Below are positions 61,701 through 64,000 of a stretch of DNA of 64,000 nucleotides, piece after piece (the stretch's first letter is position 1; each line of letters begins with the position of its first letter). The stretch lies in contig FLMG01000807.1 of NCBI GenBank assembly GCA_900088475.1, positions 46,605 through 110,604 on the forward strand. The letters are read 5' to 3'. A model generated the notes under the pieces. The model was not told the origin of the DNA. It made no database searches and saw nothing but the letters and a program-made list of their open reading frames with translations. The translations under genes were made by a program, and so were the position numbers. Source of the stretch: Hyphochytrium catenoides (lineage: Eukaryota > Protista > Hyphochytriomycota).

Positions 61701-63608
61701 CAATGCAGATTATGGAGCAATGCAGCAATGCAGATTATGGAGCAAGCAAGGGAAGACGAGCGGTAGAGGAGCACTAAAATTAGTTAGGTGGACAGCTAAA
61801 CAACGAAGCCAACATACCGGCTGTGATAGGGAATAGCCCGGAGGAGCTCCGTCGGTTAGGGTCAGCGCCAGCCTGTAGGAGGCTTTCAAGACAATCCTCT
61901 CGGTCATGCTACAAGCACAGTCACAATAAGCACCTCGGCCTCTAGAGGTACATACTTTTGAGGACACTCATGTGATGAAAAGACCATTTTGAATTCCTTC
62001 CTCGCACCATACATCACGGTTCAGAAGCAAGGTATGTACCTTGATGCATAGAATTAGCGGGGTCTCGCCAAGGGAGTTCTCGCAGTCCAAGTCAGCTCCG
62101 TAAGCGATAAGAAAGTCCACTGAATCCCGATGGCCGCCTCGAATGGCGCACCCTGCCATAAAAGTGGTCAAGATCCTAGCCTTTCAGACGTGATCTGTCA
62201 ATAAGGGAGTAAAGGCACGAAGAGTGGCCTACCCAACACAGTGTCGCCTGCCATGCTGCTCTCGTCTTTTCCGTTGACATCCACGCCCACTGACTCAAGC
62301 AGCAACTCTAAGCAACCGATGTGCCCCTGCAAAGCCGCCACGTGCACCGGAGACTTCAGGTGTGGCATCCGGTCCGAAAGCTTCAAAGGCTTTGTCATGG
62401 TCGAGCGCTCGATTTGGAGCGGGTTGACCGGAAAATTTTTCTCTAGCAGCCAAGCCAGTACATCTCGATGACCATGGGCAGCGGCTGCAGCAAGAGCAGA
62501 GAAGCCATCCGTATTAACGCTGCTGGACTCAGCGGCCCGAGAGTACAAATAAGCGGCAGCTTCCTGATGTCTGCGTCATGGACGCCGATGAGAACGTCAC
62601 ATTTAGAACCAAGGAGTAAGGTCAGGAAGACGCACCCAGCTGCCACAGCGAGAAAAAAAGCGGTCTCTCGCCGCTTGTTCTTGGCATCCACCTTCACCTT
62701 TTCTCCGAGAAGCTTCAAGCAGCCTAAGTGACCGTTCCTGAAGACAAAATAAGCCATTTCATGATATGTCTCTCGACGTCGCACAATGGAGGTCACAGCG
62801 ATACCTAGCAGCCTTGTGAAGGACCGTCTCTGAAGCGCGGTCCTTGCAATCAACATAGGCCCCGTTCTCTAATAGTGTTTTCAGGCAATCCAGGTTTCCA
62901 GCACTTGACGGAACAAGAGGGGAAGAGGAGGTTAATCAAGGTGCGGCTCCTGGATATTGTGAACAGATCTTGAAGAAGTTATAAGGGCTACTTTCTTTAC
63001 GCAATCGCAGAATTATGGCCGGTAGGGCATTGTGGGTGAGGGAAAGAACGATCATTTCCAAAGTGAAGAAAGGAAGAGACCCAACGCACAAGAGACAGTT
63101 GATAGCGATTGGCACCTGGCTGCCAAGTGAAGAGGAGTCTGGCGGTGTTTGTCCTTGCTGTCAATGCCTCCAGGAACCGTGCTAACTAATAGACTGAGGA
63201 GCTCAGCATGACCAAGCGCAGCACAAAGATGGAAGCCATTTTGCCGTAACTTCTCGTCCCTGTAGTCCCATAGTAATGGAGCTCTTTCAAGCAACAGCTC
63301 TACCTGAGCAACCAGATTGCTCCTACCATGTGAATGTCAGACTGTGTGTGGCTGTGGTACATCCTCTCTTGGTGCTCGTCAGTGATCATTGTTATTCACT
63401 CTTTCCCTCTCTCTCTCTATACGTTGGCGCTCTCTCTTCTCTCTCTGTCTCTCTCTCTCCCTCTCACTCTGTGTGTCTCTCTTCGCTCTCTCGCTCTCTC
63501 TCTATATATATGTCATCATAAATCTCGCAAGGTCGCACCTTACTGCCTCCAAAAAGCTGCACCCCATATCTCTGCTAATTTGGCTGCCTTGGTTACCACG
63601 CTTGTCAT
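58774..63608 (-). CDS. Ankyrin-repeat + tandem BTB/POZ(-BACK) protein (ABTB-like), putative Cullin3 substrate adaptor; start codon uncertain
   Basis: Ankyrin exons 63300-61580 (GFHLCAALGH, QTPLHLAA, ETAFFLAV, SPVHVAALQGH, ETPLILCI). BTB1: FSDISFLVNGRSIRAHRWLLAARCEYFQVMFTSNMRE..FQSLLGYLYT. BTB2: VHKSLLASRCEKFAGLYRSGMVDS..LLRYLYTD. Both are followed by BACK-like helices. Confidence 0.88.
61691..61745. repeat. 25-bp tandem duplication (agcaatgcagcaatgcagattatgg x2) in an intron of the ANK-BTB gene
   Basis: 61691-61715 and 61716-61740 are identical. Confidence 0.9.
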
Positions 63609-64000
63609 CTTGGCTTACACCAGGTTGCTGCAGGTTCCCGAGTTGGTGGCTAGTAGATCTGATGGCTTCCTCTGGGTGTTGGACACGAAATGCTCGCCGG
63701 GGTAGTGCCAGTGCTGTTGGACCCTCTATATAGTAGCTATGCGGAAAAAGTCACTCTCTCTTCGGTTCATGTAGCTAGCCTTTCTCCGGATTACCTTGCT
63801 TCCTTCACATCTGGCACTCTCAGGTTCCTGGCTGCACGGACAAAGAAGAAGCCCGGCCCAGGCTGAGCAGACTCAGCAATCTCATCATGCTATCACACCA
63901 GCCAGAGGAGCGCGTCAGAAGAGAGAGAGAATGCATATTCTTAAGGGGAACATCTCGCCCTACCACCATAGCCTCGTCCATTGCTCTTGACTGACATACA

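Overview
Eukaryotic, intron-rich, gene-dense genomic window from a draft assembly with four N-gaps. Introns are short GT-AG type, and GA/CT microsatellites are abundant. The gene content suggests a protist, possibly a stramenopile, but this is inference. Most ORF-track entries are exon fragments or antisense shadows, so I rebuilt genes by eye from splice sites and reading phase. In order: 3' part of a DYRKP-type kinase (+), peroxisomal-type SLC25 carrier (-), glucosamine-6-phosphate deaminase (-), about 7 kb gene-poor, intronless single-repeat Myb (+), a RING-H2 gene whose RING is absent from the ORF track (-), and a secreted Cys-repeat probably GPI-anchored protein (-). Then a multi-pass transmembrane + ankyrin + TIR + TIR protein (-), PDZ-TBC RabGAP (+), CLU-LRR protein (-), orphan methyltransferase-like + second MTase-like + LysRS-type anticodon-binding OB-fold fusion (+), PPR protein (-), MYND-WWE protein (-), LMBR1/LIMR protein (+), uncharacterised Rossmann-fold protein (-), a small low-complexity protein (-) and an ankyrin-BTB-BTB protein (-). 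The best candidates for an undescribed system are (1) the TM-ANK-TIR-TIR receptor-like gene, with one catalytically intact and one degenerate TIR, and (2) the MTase-MTase-OB fusion, a plausible tRNA-modifying enzyme. No rRNA, tRNA, CRISPR array or intact transposon was recognised.
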